NCBI RefSeq assembly: GCF_001194135.2
Contig: NC_069003.1
Span: 34,310,228-34,374,227 of the forward strand
Reading direction: 5' to 3'
Origin: Octopus bimaculoides
Lineage: Eukaryota
DNA: 64,000 bases
Part shown: positions 46,801 through 58,900 of the stretch, piece after piece
Position numbering within the stretch: position 1 is the first letter of the stretch
How the letters are laid out: each line of letters opens with the position of its first letter
The notes under the pieces: generated by a model
Told to the model about the DNA's origin: nothing
Databases searched by the model: none
Seen by the model: the letters and a program-made list of their open reading frames with translations, nothing else
Translations under genes and position numbers: made by a program

Positions 46801-49800
46801 CTCCTTATTTCTCTTTTCATTCATTATTCTGCTACCGAATTCTTTATTTCAGTCATGTGACTAAAGGAAATTTTTTTTAGACTGAATTAATCTTGGTTCA
46901 TTACTGTTAAGGGATGATAGATAATTATCTACCTCTGTGGGTACAGGGATGGCTGTGTGTGTGTGTGTGTGTGGTGGTGGTGGTGGTGGTGGGGATGCAG
47001 GCATGGCTGAGTGATAAGACATTTGCTTCCCGACCATATGGTTTTGGGTTCAATCCCACTCTGTGGTGCCTTGGTGTTTGAGAAACTTCTTACCACACAA
47101 GCCTGCTCCTATGTAAAAAAAAAAGGATCAAAACCCTAGCACTATAAATCATCGAATCTATCTGTCAATAAAAATGACAATAATAATGGCTTCTGACTTT
47201 GGCAAAGTTCAACAGTTTTGTTAGGGAAGAATTTGGTCAATTGAATTGAGTTGCAAATATTTTTATAAAACCCTGACAAAACAAAAAGTAAAGTGAAGTC
47301 CTGTATGATTTGAGCGAAGAATTTCAAGAGACAAAACTCAATCATTGCAACTCACCAAATCTGTTACACCCCTGACACTGCCATGCCTTCTCTCTGACCA
47401 CTATAACAACAATAAGGTCGATAAAATAAGTACCAGTTGAGTACAGGGGTCAATGTAATCGACTATCCCCCCTCTCTCAAATTTCAGGCCTTGTGCCTAT
47501 AGTAGAAAGGATTATTTACAGCACTTATGTGCTTTGAGATCCAATTCCAACCAAAAAAGAATCATTTCATATTCTTTCTAAAGTATAGAAATTCATTTGA
47601 CGCCAACAATGTATACAGAAATGGGTGTGACTAAATGTGTGTGGTATATACATTGGAGACATATCATATGTCTGTATATACATGGATGTAGATGTCTACA
47701 TGTAAATGTGTTCTCATTTTATGACCATTTTCGATGCTGGCTTTGATTTGAAATGACACACACAGAAGTCTCACAAGCTTCTCTGAAACAAGATACTGCA
47801 GCTGGTGCTGTTCTGCATTAGTGTATATATTATAAATGTTATACATCATTATATATATGTATATATGAAGGCACATGGCTCAGTGGTTAGAACATCAGGC
47901 TTACAATTGTGAGGTTGTGAGTTTGATTCCCAGACTGGGCTACTCATCTGTAGAAATGAGTTCCAATGTCACTGGTGCCAAGCCGTAACGGCCTTTCCCT
48001 TGGATGGCATCGGTGACATGTAGAGGGGAGTCAGGTACGTATGGGTGACTGCTGGTCGTCCACAAATAACCTTACTTAGACTTGTGCCTTGGAGAGGGAC
48101 TTTCTAGGGGCAATCCCATGGTCAACCATAGCCGAAAGGGATTTTTTACATTTTTTTTCACTTTATATAAATGTGTGTATGTGTGCGCATGTGTATATGT
48201 GTGTGTTATGTGCTTGTTCTGTATAACACATCACCAGTTCCACTCTCTTCATTGTGTTACCAAATAAACCTAAAACTCTCAAGTGTGTAAATTCCAAGAT
48301 CTGTCTCGTTGAATGTTTTTGTAAAGTTTTACCATTCTCTCAATCTCATATTTCAGGGTCTCCTCTACACGGACGACTGTGAAAGACTGTTTAATAAAGA
48401 TTATGCCTATACTGTAAGTTTTCCAAAACTGTCAACCTATTTCTCACTAATTAATTGGGAGTCATTAAACAATAATTAATCCAAGCTCTGACAGTTCATC
48501 AAATTTCAGGCCTTGGATTTTCTTTTGCCTCATTTCTAGCAATACAATTCTGTTTGTTCTTGCTAGACATTTCATTTAATTCTGATTATGGGGATTAGAA
48601 ATATTTTTTTGTTTGTTTCCTGCAAAAATATGATGCAAACATTGCATGTGTCAACTGTCTTGTCGAAGTATAAGTAGAGATCTAGGAGTGTAGTGGGTGC
48701 TTTTTACGTGCCACCGGCACAGGAGCCAGTCGGAGCGGGGCTGGAGGCTAGCATTGACCACGTTTGGATGGTGCTTTTTACGTACCACTGGCATGGGGAG
48801 CCAGTCGGGCGGCACTGGTATCGGCCACGACTACAATTTCCATTTTGATTTCAATTTGATTGAGATTCTGATTGTGATTTTAATTTTACTTCACTCAACA
48901 AGTCTGCTTTTTCTCCAACTTTATGATCCTTTTTTTTTTCAGGTGATCCCCAACTTGAATGGAGAGTTGTGTTGCCATTACCCTTACAAGGTGTTCGTGT
49001 TGGAATATGAGAAGCAGATGGTCAGCAATAAAGAATTGTCCAATGGCCAAGACTCAGATGTGTAAGTTTTGCATCACTCTCAACAACAACATCTCTTTCT
49101 AAACGTACAGATTCATGGAATGTAGAAGCAAATAAGAAGCACTAAGTGCATGCGTGTCATCACGATTGCTTTTTTAATGTCCGCTTTTACATGCTTGCAT
49201 GAAGTGGGCAAAGTATATTTGAGGTAGATTTTCTAGGGCTGGGTGCCCCTCCTGTTGCTAACCTTCATTTGATTTACCCCTCCTGTTGCTAACCTTCATT
49301 TGATTTACTTTCAGGAAGCAGATATTTCTGAAGTTGTTTCAGGGTTTTCTCTCTTGTAGTACACAGATGCTGATGGCACCCAAATAGCTTGAAATGCATT
49401 CAGGGTTTACAAACAGATGTAGAAGTTTCCTCGAATAGGCTTTGGCATTTCTGGGTCTTGTCTCTATAACTTTAGAAATTATAATTGTTGTTGTTGTTGT
49501 TGCAGATATGAGAACTTATTGGATATCGGGAAGCTGAAACAGTTCTTTTGGGCGGCACGATCAGCCAGATGTCGAGGTCGCTTTGTGGTGCCAGTCATTC
49601 TTTTTGAAGGCAAAGTACGTTTCCTTTCTTTCCTTTTTTCATCTTCTTTCTCCTCCTTTCTCCTTTCACACTCTTACCAATCTACCTCTACCTCCTCTCT
49701 CTAATTAACCCCTCTCTCTCTAACTATGATCCCATTCTCTCTAACCATCATCACTTTCTCTCTCTCTAACTACCCCTCTCTCTCTCCATCATCCCTCTCT

Positions 49801-52800
49801 CTCTCCATCATTCCTCTCTCTCTTTAAACACTCCCTAGCCACTCTCTCTCTCTCTCTTTCTCTCTCTCATTACCCCCTCTTGTCTTGCCATCTATCTACA
49901 CACTAATTAGCATTAAAAATATTTATTTTATTGTATTTTACATATATTTTTCTTTATTTTTTTGTGTTTTAATTTAGATTATTTCTTATATTGTTTTTTT
50001 CTGCATTGAAGAGGCTTTTAGTTTTCTTTGTGTGTGTGTGTGTGTGTGTGTTTTAGAGGGAGAGGGAAGGATTGTGTGACTGTATGTGTGTTTTAGAGGG
50101 AGAGGGAAGGATTGTNNNNNNNNNNGAGAGGGAAGGATTGTGTGACTGTATGTGTGTTTTAGAGGGAGAGGGAAGGATTGTGTGACTGTATGTGTGTAAG
50201 AGAGAAAGTGAATGTGACTGTGCCACTGTGTATGTGAGAGAGAGTGAGAAACTACGACTCCATTTGTCAGGCTTCCATGCAGTTTTCACCTACCCAAACT
50301 CACTGCATCGTTTCAGTCAACCTGAAGCTACAACAAAAGATGCCAGCATCCCCCTCCCACTACTACTATTAGGATAACAATGGTTACCATGACTACTTTA
50401 TTGTGTCATTTGTGTTAACGACAGCTGTGTAAATTATAACACCCTTCAATTCTACTCTCACTCTTTCTCTCTATGGTTTTAGCAAATCTGTCGATCCGGT
50501 ACCCTATCCACTGGGATGGAAATGTTTGGAAGAGTCGGAATCGACTTCTTCTTGAGTAAGTATTTTCACTGATTTCTTTGGAACAAAACAAAAACAATTG
50601 CAGCATGGTGTTTATAAGCCATTAAAGAACACACAAAAAGCCATTAGATTCACTTCAACATTTAAATTCAATTTGTGTCAAAATATTTTTGTCACTTTGA
50701 AACTGCGACCTGTTCACTGACAAAACTTGGTGCTGCTGCACGAGATGCAGTGAACAGGTCGCAGTTCCAAAGATTTAAATGTTGAAGTGAATCTAACGGT
50801 TTTTGTGTGTTTTTAAATGGCTTATAAATACCTTCCATGCTGCAATTGTTTTTGTTTCAGCACATGATCTCCGATCGGGTCACTTTCTATGCAAGTGATG
50901 ATGATAATTCTCCTTCTGTTCCTCACAGTTTTTTTTTTTTTTTGTCTATTTCCACTTTCTAGGTTCAGATTCTTCAGCCACAGCTTCTAACATATCAAAT
51001 TTGGAACAAGGCAAAGATGGACAGAGGTGAGTTTTGCTGTTATTTCTTTCCCCATCTCACTTCACCTTTCTCAAATACCTAGTAAAGGCAGAACAGGTAG
51101 GAAGTGAGAGGACGCAGTACATCTGTTGCTCTAAGGAGTTTGCTGTTCTGTCTGTAGTGAGTTTCCCCTCCACCACTGTCGCCTATTTATCCATCTTGAT
51201 ATGTTTCTTTCTCAACACAGTGAGTGGCCCAGCCATGACAAAATCCGAGGACATGACATCAAGCTGCTGAAATATCTCAAAATAAATTATATCTGTGATC
51301 TAATGGTGGAGAAGAAGAAAGTGAAATACTACATGCGGTAAGGCACACACCCTACTACTTCACATTGACACCACCACCACCACCTGCTTCTTCTTCTTCT
51401 TCTTCCCCCCTCCTCCACCTCCTGAGAGATTTGTAGCATGTGCAGATTTGTATGTGCAATATCTGGGCCTTGTGCATGGTTTTGTACCTCTGGGCCTTGT
51501 AGAAGCAACTGGGCGAGGGGGGGGGGGTTCCTACGTAATTGACTTACCTCCTCCCCCAAAGCATAAATTAACATGAAATTCCTATGGAGGATTTTAATTT
51601 AGCTCACTTAAAAAACACACCTGGACAGTCTCAGGTGGGTTGGTATCAAAAGATTTAAAGGCCTGACTGCACCAATTCTTCCTACCCCTAAATAGGACGA
51701 TCCTCCATTTATTAATCAAACATCAATTCTCCTACAATCGCTTTATTTCTTTCTGGTTTTTACCTTTCAGGGTGGCCTCTTCCGAGAAAGTTGACAAGGA
51801 AAGTCGCTATTCTGATTTCTGTCTTTTGTCTCTTCCTTATCCTGGTAAGTAAAGCTGCTTCTTCTTCTTTTTCTTTTTCATCATCATCATCATCATCATC
51901 TTCTTGATGATGTTGATGTCACTGTTTCTGTTGTTGGATTTGTTTGCTGTGACTGCTATTTGTGTTGTTAATTGTTGTTTAACCCCAGGCCAATCCTGAT
52001 GGAGTAGACACCTATGATCAGAAAAGTTCCAACCCTGACCATGCTGTCTCTATTATTCTTAAGACATAGTGTGATAACAGGATCACATTCCTCAATTATT
52101 CCTAACAGGGTATGATTTGAGAGAGATTCAGCTGCTATTTCTAGCAGCTTAGCTCAAACGACTACTAAGAGCCCTCTCTTATTGGTTTGTGTTGCAGCAG
52201 CAGCAGCAGTAGCTGTAGTTGTTGTTGTTGTTATTGTTCTTCTTACAATTGTTCTTCTTGTGGACCAAAATGGTTGGCTGCTCACCAAATGGTCAAAAGT
52301 TTAAATCTTACCACTGCCACCACCACTATCATCATCACCACTACCACTGTTGCCACCACTACTACTGCCACTAACACCTCCACCCCACCCCACCCCACCA
52401 CCATCACCACACTACCTTATGCTTTGCCTTGCTCAGTGGCACCATAATAAATGTTGTAGTAGCATGGTCGGTAGTCTAGTCACTTCAAGATCACTGAAGC
52501 CATTCTATTTCATGACGAAAAAATTCTTTGATAATTTCAGGCTGTGAATTTTTTAAGGAATGGAAGGAACACGCTTATTGTGGACAGGAAGTGAAATATG
52601 ACTGGAACCAAGTAAGTAAAGCTCTGTGTGCGTGTGTATATATATATAAGTCAGTAAATAGTGGGGTTGTGTTAACCGCACGTGGAGAAATAATAGGAAA
52701 ATGAAAAAAAAGGCAGAATGCTAAACTGGAAGCATATTTTAATAAAGATTTCTAAACGGTTTTCATTGCGAAAACAAATTATCAAGAAGGAGAATGAAAA

Positions 52801-54285
52801 TGTCTTTTACAAAGAAGTACAAAATGAAGAAAATAATATATAAAAAAATATAATATATAAAAAAATAAATATACCAATACATTATATTGTCTTTGAGNNN
52901 NNNNNNNNNNNNNNNNNNNNNNNNNNNNNNNNNNNNNNNNNNNNNNNNNNNNNNNNNNNNNNNNNNNNNNNNNNNNNNNNNNNNNNNNNNNNNNNNNNNN
53001 NNNNNNNNNNNNNNNNNNNNNNNNNNNNNNNNNNNNNNNNNNNNNNNNNNNNNNNNNNNNNNNNNNNNNNNNNNNNNNNNNNNNNNNNNNNNNNNNNNNN
53101 NNNNNNNNNNNNNNNNNNNNNNNNNNNNNNNNNNNNNNNNNNNNNNNNNNNNNNNNNNNNNNNNNNNNNNNNNNNNNNNNNNNNNNNNNNNNNNNNNNNN
53201 NNNNNNNNNNNNNNNNNNNNNNNNNNNNNNNNNNNNNNNNNNNNNNNNNNNNNNNNNNNNNNNNNNNNNNNNNNNNNNNNNNNNNNNNNTATACACACAC
53301 AATTTTTCAAGTAAGGGAAAACAATGCCTCCTTGATATATTTGTCTAAGCCATGCAAGCATGGAAAAGAAACAGACGTTTTCTAGTGACCATGTTACAAA
53401 TTACACTACAGAATATCTTCCTCTACGTCCATCTTCTTAAACAATATCTTATATTAAATTGTTTCTGCTGTTATAACCGTATTATACACCATCACCACAA
53501 TATAATCTATCAGTCACTTAGTGCTGGCAGGATAGGTTATTATACTAATATCTAACATCTTAGTTTGATGTTTGTATTGAGAAATAATCCTATGATTCAA
53601 AGTATATATGTGTATATATATAGTACAATGTTGGTCTAATTGTTGTCTCCTCACTATGTAACTCTAATCCTGTTTTCATGCATTTATTTTACCTTTCCCC
53701 GATTTTGTTTCTAACTTTAGCCCTCCATTGACGCTGCTTTAGATATTCCAAACGAACTCTATTCTTTAACTGATGTTCACTGGGAGTTCTATAAGGTATG
53801 TCACACTTGTCTGGATTTTACATTTCTTAGGGAAGGGGACTGGCCTGTCTTGAGTTATAAAAAATCTTATGTCTTGGACTGTAAGTCTACCTCAGGTGAT
53901 AGCCTGCCACCTGAGGTAAGCTTATTATTTTGGATAGTGAGTGCAATGCTAACATTTTGGGTGGTGGATCTGTCCTTGTGTGACTTTAGCAATGTCTGCA
54001 CTCTGTTTGAAAGTATTTAAATCTGGTTCCATAATATCCTGACTTTACTACAATATCAATGTTTTAATTTCCACACACAATATCAGGTCAAATCCCTTGT
54101 CAAACAGGTCTAACTCTTGAATAAATCTTGTTCTTCAAAAATCTTGTTCTTTCATCCCATTCTATTGTTTTCATTCAGTCTTTCTTCTCTGCATTCTTCA
54201 TTTCTAGAGCAGAACAAAAAGAAAGCATTAAACAATAAAAAATAACAACTAAAAAGAAAGAAAAAAAATGGATGTGTCATTTGGC

Positions 54286-54325
<40 letters not shown>

Positions 54326-55070
54326 GAAATTATTTAAGAGAACAACTTGATTTTCTCCTTACAGGACTGGGATCTACTTTTGTTGACCAAGAACTATTTT
54401 AAACTGCTCATATCACTTATAAGAGAAGGTTTGTAAAACTATTTTTACTTCCCATTCTTTTCCTCCTTCATCTCCTTCACTCTTACTCCCCCTCTTTCTC
54501 TATCCCTGTTTTTCTATAATAACCTCACAGCCTCTCTCCACTGGGTCTCATTTCTTAATCCTTTACATCTAATCCACCTCCTCCTCCCCCTCCTTATTTT
54601 ACTTTCTTTATCTTTTGTAGGGTCTTCAGGAATCTTGGTCCATTGTATCTCTGGATGGGATCGAACCCCTCTCTATATTTCCTTACTTCGTCTTTCATTG
54701 TGGGCTGATGGTGCCATACATCAGTCCCTTAAGCCAGAAGAGATTCTCTACCTCACCATAGCATATGACTGGTATCTGTTTGGGTGAGTAATGTTTTTTT
54801 GTTTTTTTTGTCACAATTCAGCCCTCAAATCAGTGTAATGTAGGGACTAGGATTTACCAAACTACTCTAGTTCTGTTGGGGGTCATAATCATGTTCAAAG
54901 TTGTCCCTTGCTTACAGACAAAGACCAGACTGTCCTTCAGACAAATTCACTCCAGAAATTATGGCTCAGTCTATTGAAATTGTCTCCCTTTTTGACGGAA
55001 TTATTTCCCCCTTTTTCTCAACAATTTTCTCCTCCCCACAATTTCAGGCATTGTACCTTTAGTAGAAAGG

Positions 55071-55107
<37 letters not shown>

Positions 55108-55396
55108 TAACGTATATATCCTCTTTGTCTTTCGTTGTAGGCACTGTTTACCTGACAGGATCGATAAAGGAGAAGAGGTATGGAATTACCAATTTTAATT
55201 CTTTTATTGAATATTTGTTGAACACGTATGATTCGATGTATTGTTATACTAAATGGTTTCTTGAAGTATTGGCACTGCTTACCTCCAGTTGACACCTTTC
55301 ACTTGCATCAGCTTCTTCATTTAGTTAAATGGCGGCTTTGGATTTTATTGCCTGGAATATAGCAGATGTGAATCTAGAAATCCAGTTTGGTGTGTG

Positions 55397-55441
<45 letters not shown>

Positions 55442-55891
55442 NNNNNNNNNNNNNNNNNNNNNNNNNNNNNNNNNNNNNNNNNNNNNNNNNNNNNNNNNNN
55501 NNNNNNNNNNNNNNNNNNNNNNNNNNNNNNNNNNNNNNNNNNNNNNNNNNNNNNNNNNNNNNNNNNNNNNNNNNNNNNNNNNNNNNNNNNNNNNNNNNNN
55601 NNNNNNNNNNNNNNNNNNNNNNNNNNNNNNNNNNNNNNNNNNNNNNNNNNNNNNNNNNNNNNNNNNNNNNNNNNNNNNNNNNNNNNNNNNNNNNNNNNNN
55701 NNNNNNNNNNNNNNNNNNNNNNNNNNNNNNNNNNNNNNNNNNNNNNNNNNNNNNNNNNNNNNNNNNNNNNNNNNNNNNNNNNNNNNNNNNNNNNNNNNNN
55801 NNNNNNNNNNNNNNNNNNNNNNNNNNNNNNNNNNNNNNNNNNNNNNNNNNNNNNNNNNNNNNNNNNNNNNNNNNNNNNNNNNNNNNNNNNN

Positions 55892-55925
<34 letters not shown>

Positions 55926-58900
55926 CTAAGTGCCCTTCTTATACATGTAGCTCCAAGTCAAGTGTTTTTTATTGTTTAACGAAAACTGAAGTTAATCAAC
56001 AATTTGAATTGAATTCATAACTTGTTGAAGCCTATATTTTGATTTTTAAATTTCAGATTTTTCGATTTTGCTTCCATTTTTTGAAATTTATAACTTCTGA
56101 TGATTTCTCTGTTTATTCTGGGTAAGTAACATTTTCTGCTTCAGTCAGACAAATATCTCTTGTACTCTCTTTTACTGGTTTAGTACAACTGGTCGTGCCC
56201 ATGCTGGGGCATTGTTATTCTCCTCTTCAGTAAGATACCTGTTCCTCTTCCTCTATCACAGTTCCTTATTCCTCTAGTCTATACCTCAATCAGTATAAGG
56301 GTCTTATTTTGTGGTTATTTGCTGACCTCACTGATGCTGGTGCCATGTATAAAGCATCCAGTATACTCTATTAAGTGGTTGGCATTAGGAAGGGCATTCA
56401 CTTGTACAAACCATGCTGAAGCAGACATAGAACCTGGTGGAACCCTCTGGTACATTAGTTCTTGTCAAACCATCCAACCTGGACCAGCATGGATAAAAAG
56501 AACATATTTACATGCCTGAACCCCTTCCTCTCTTCCTTCCCTAAATAATATACTGCCAGATGGTCTAAATCTCCAGGATGTATCATAACTTTAGAGCAGT
56601 GTTTCTCAACCTTTTTACCCTTATGTAACCCTTAAAATAAATTACATGTCTCAAGGAACCCCTACATAAAAAGAATCATATACCATATCTTTCTCATATT
56701 CTTTTCATCATAGTTCACTTGGTAAATATCATATATATATCTGGTTGTGATATCTTTTTGATAACATAATAGGTTAGCTAGGATGATGTTTATATTACAA
56801 GATTACAATAACCAAGAATATGTTGTGCCTGTATAGTAATATTACGATCATGAAATTACCATTAGCTTATCTCAGTCTTTCTCGCGGAACCCCGGTTGAG
56901 AAACGCTGCTTTAGAGATTAACACCGCAAATGTTTTTTTTTCTCTTCCAATTTCAGTGGAAGTAAACGGAAAAGTAACAATACATCGAGGCCATCGTCTC
57001 AAGCATTTCCTGAAGATATGAAGGCTGACTTTTTGGATTCGGTGTTTCATAATAACGAAGGGAATGCAGAGAAGGAACCGGAGAAAGAACTAGAGAAGGA
57101 ATTGGTTGTAGAAATATCTGAATTTCCACAGGAAAACAAGAATGAAAATAGTGCAGGTAATGCCATCTCACCTCCACTACCTTGTGGAATTATGATTAGG
57201 AAATATATTTTATATTCTTTTACTAGCTTTGATAATTGGACTGGGGTGATGCTGGAGCCTTGCATTTAAAGATTTTAGTTAGTTATATCAACCCCTGAAC
57301 TTCGTTTCCCTGTATACATGTAGGTCTCTCTCCATGGGATACAAGGAATGCTTGTTGTGGATGTGACCCAGTGAAAATGCCGCTTAGTACAGACTTGGTC
57401 TTCTGATGTGGGGTTAGTATTCTTGTGGCTTGAAGACAACAATAGAGAGCAAATCAAAGCCACCTGACCCAAGTAAGGACAGCCCCTCAATCTCAGAACG
57501 ATAATGTCCTCTGGTCAAAGACCTTCCAAATAGGAGACTGAAAGGGGAAGACAAAGAACCACATGCAAACAAGAACTGGAGGTAGAAACGAAAAAGATAA
57601 AGATTGAACTGGAAGATGTTGGAAATAGTTTGACATGATAAGAAGACTTCAACGGTATATATTTTGATGGCTTATGTTGCAAAGGGAAGCTGAAAGATGA
57701 GGAAGGGATTTATTTTAGGCAAAGTCAACAGGGAAGTGAAGGGTCATAACCAGAACGGAACCAAATTCTACAAGATATTTTTATTCAATATACCCACAAA
57801 TATATATGTATATATGTGTGCTATTATTTTTAACTTTATCTGGCAGAATCATTAGCATGCTGGACAAAATGCTTAGTTGGCATTTCGTCTTCATGTTCTG
57901 AGTTCAAATTCCATTGAGGTTGACTTTGCCTTTCATCTTTTCTGGTTTGATAAAATAAGTACCAGTTATGTACTGGGGTCGATGTCAACAACTAGCCCCT
58001 TCCCTCAAACTTTCAGGCTCTGTGCCTATAGTAGAAAAGATTATTTATAACTTTATATGTGCTTTGAGATCCTGTTCCCAAAAAGAATTATTTCATATTC
58101 CCTAAAGTTTATAAAGTCTTATGATGTCAATTATAAATATATATATATATATCTTTAATTGACGGGCTTCTCCACTGTTCCAGTCTACCAAATTTCAAGG
58201 CTCTGATTGACTCTCCATCTCTACGGCAACAGAACATATTTGTCAAAGTTGTGACACAGTGAGATTGGTTGTGAATCAAATCTCTTAACCACATGACTGT
58301 GACTGTCAGTTCCACAAATATCTTTGTTATAGTCATTTCAAACTTTGTAGCTCCAACCAACCCAGGACAAGAAACCCAGAAAGGAAAAGGTGGAGAGAGG
58401 GAGGGAGAGAGAGAATAGGATTGAAATAATAATGCATTTTAAACAAACTATTTGATTAACCATTTTGAATAAATCTAAATGTTGTCTACCATCAGGTAAT
58501 AAAGAGAATGGCGAAGTGACAGTAACAGATTCCAATTTGCTCCCTGGTTCATATTCTTCATCTTCCATGTCTACAAGTCCATCTGGAGCTCAGATCTTCC
58601 TTTCAGAGGAGTAAGTAGCGTTTATTCTTGACATAATCCTCTGTCAACAGTGACACACCCTCTAGAATACACATCAAACAGTCTTATGGAGTGTTGCTTA
58701 GCTCCAGTATGGGCCTGGTTTAGTAAGCAGGGACCTAGGATTAAAAACCAATTTGGTATAACTATCCCCATTTATGTTTCATCAGGTGTCTTGGGGGAAA
58801 TTTCGAACCTGGGTTCTCATTCCTAAGGTATTTTGCCCGTGAGCATATGGCATAGTGGTTAAGAGCGCGGGCTACTAACCCCAAGATTCCAAGTTCGATT

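Noticed and set aside
50045-50196. 40-bp repeats with a gap as a CRISPR-like array
   Set aside because: The units are directly adjacent with no unique spacers, in a eukaryotic intron. It is a minisatellite.
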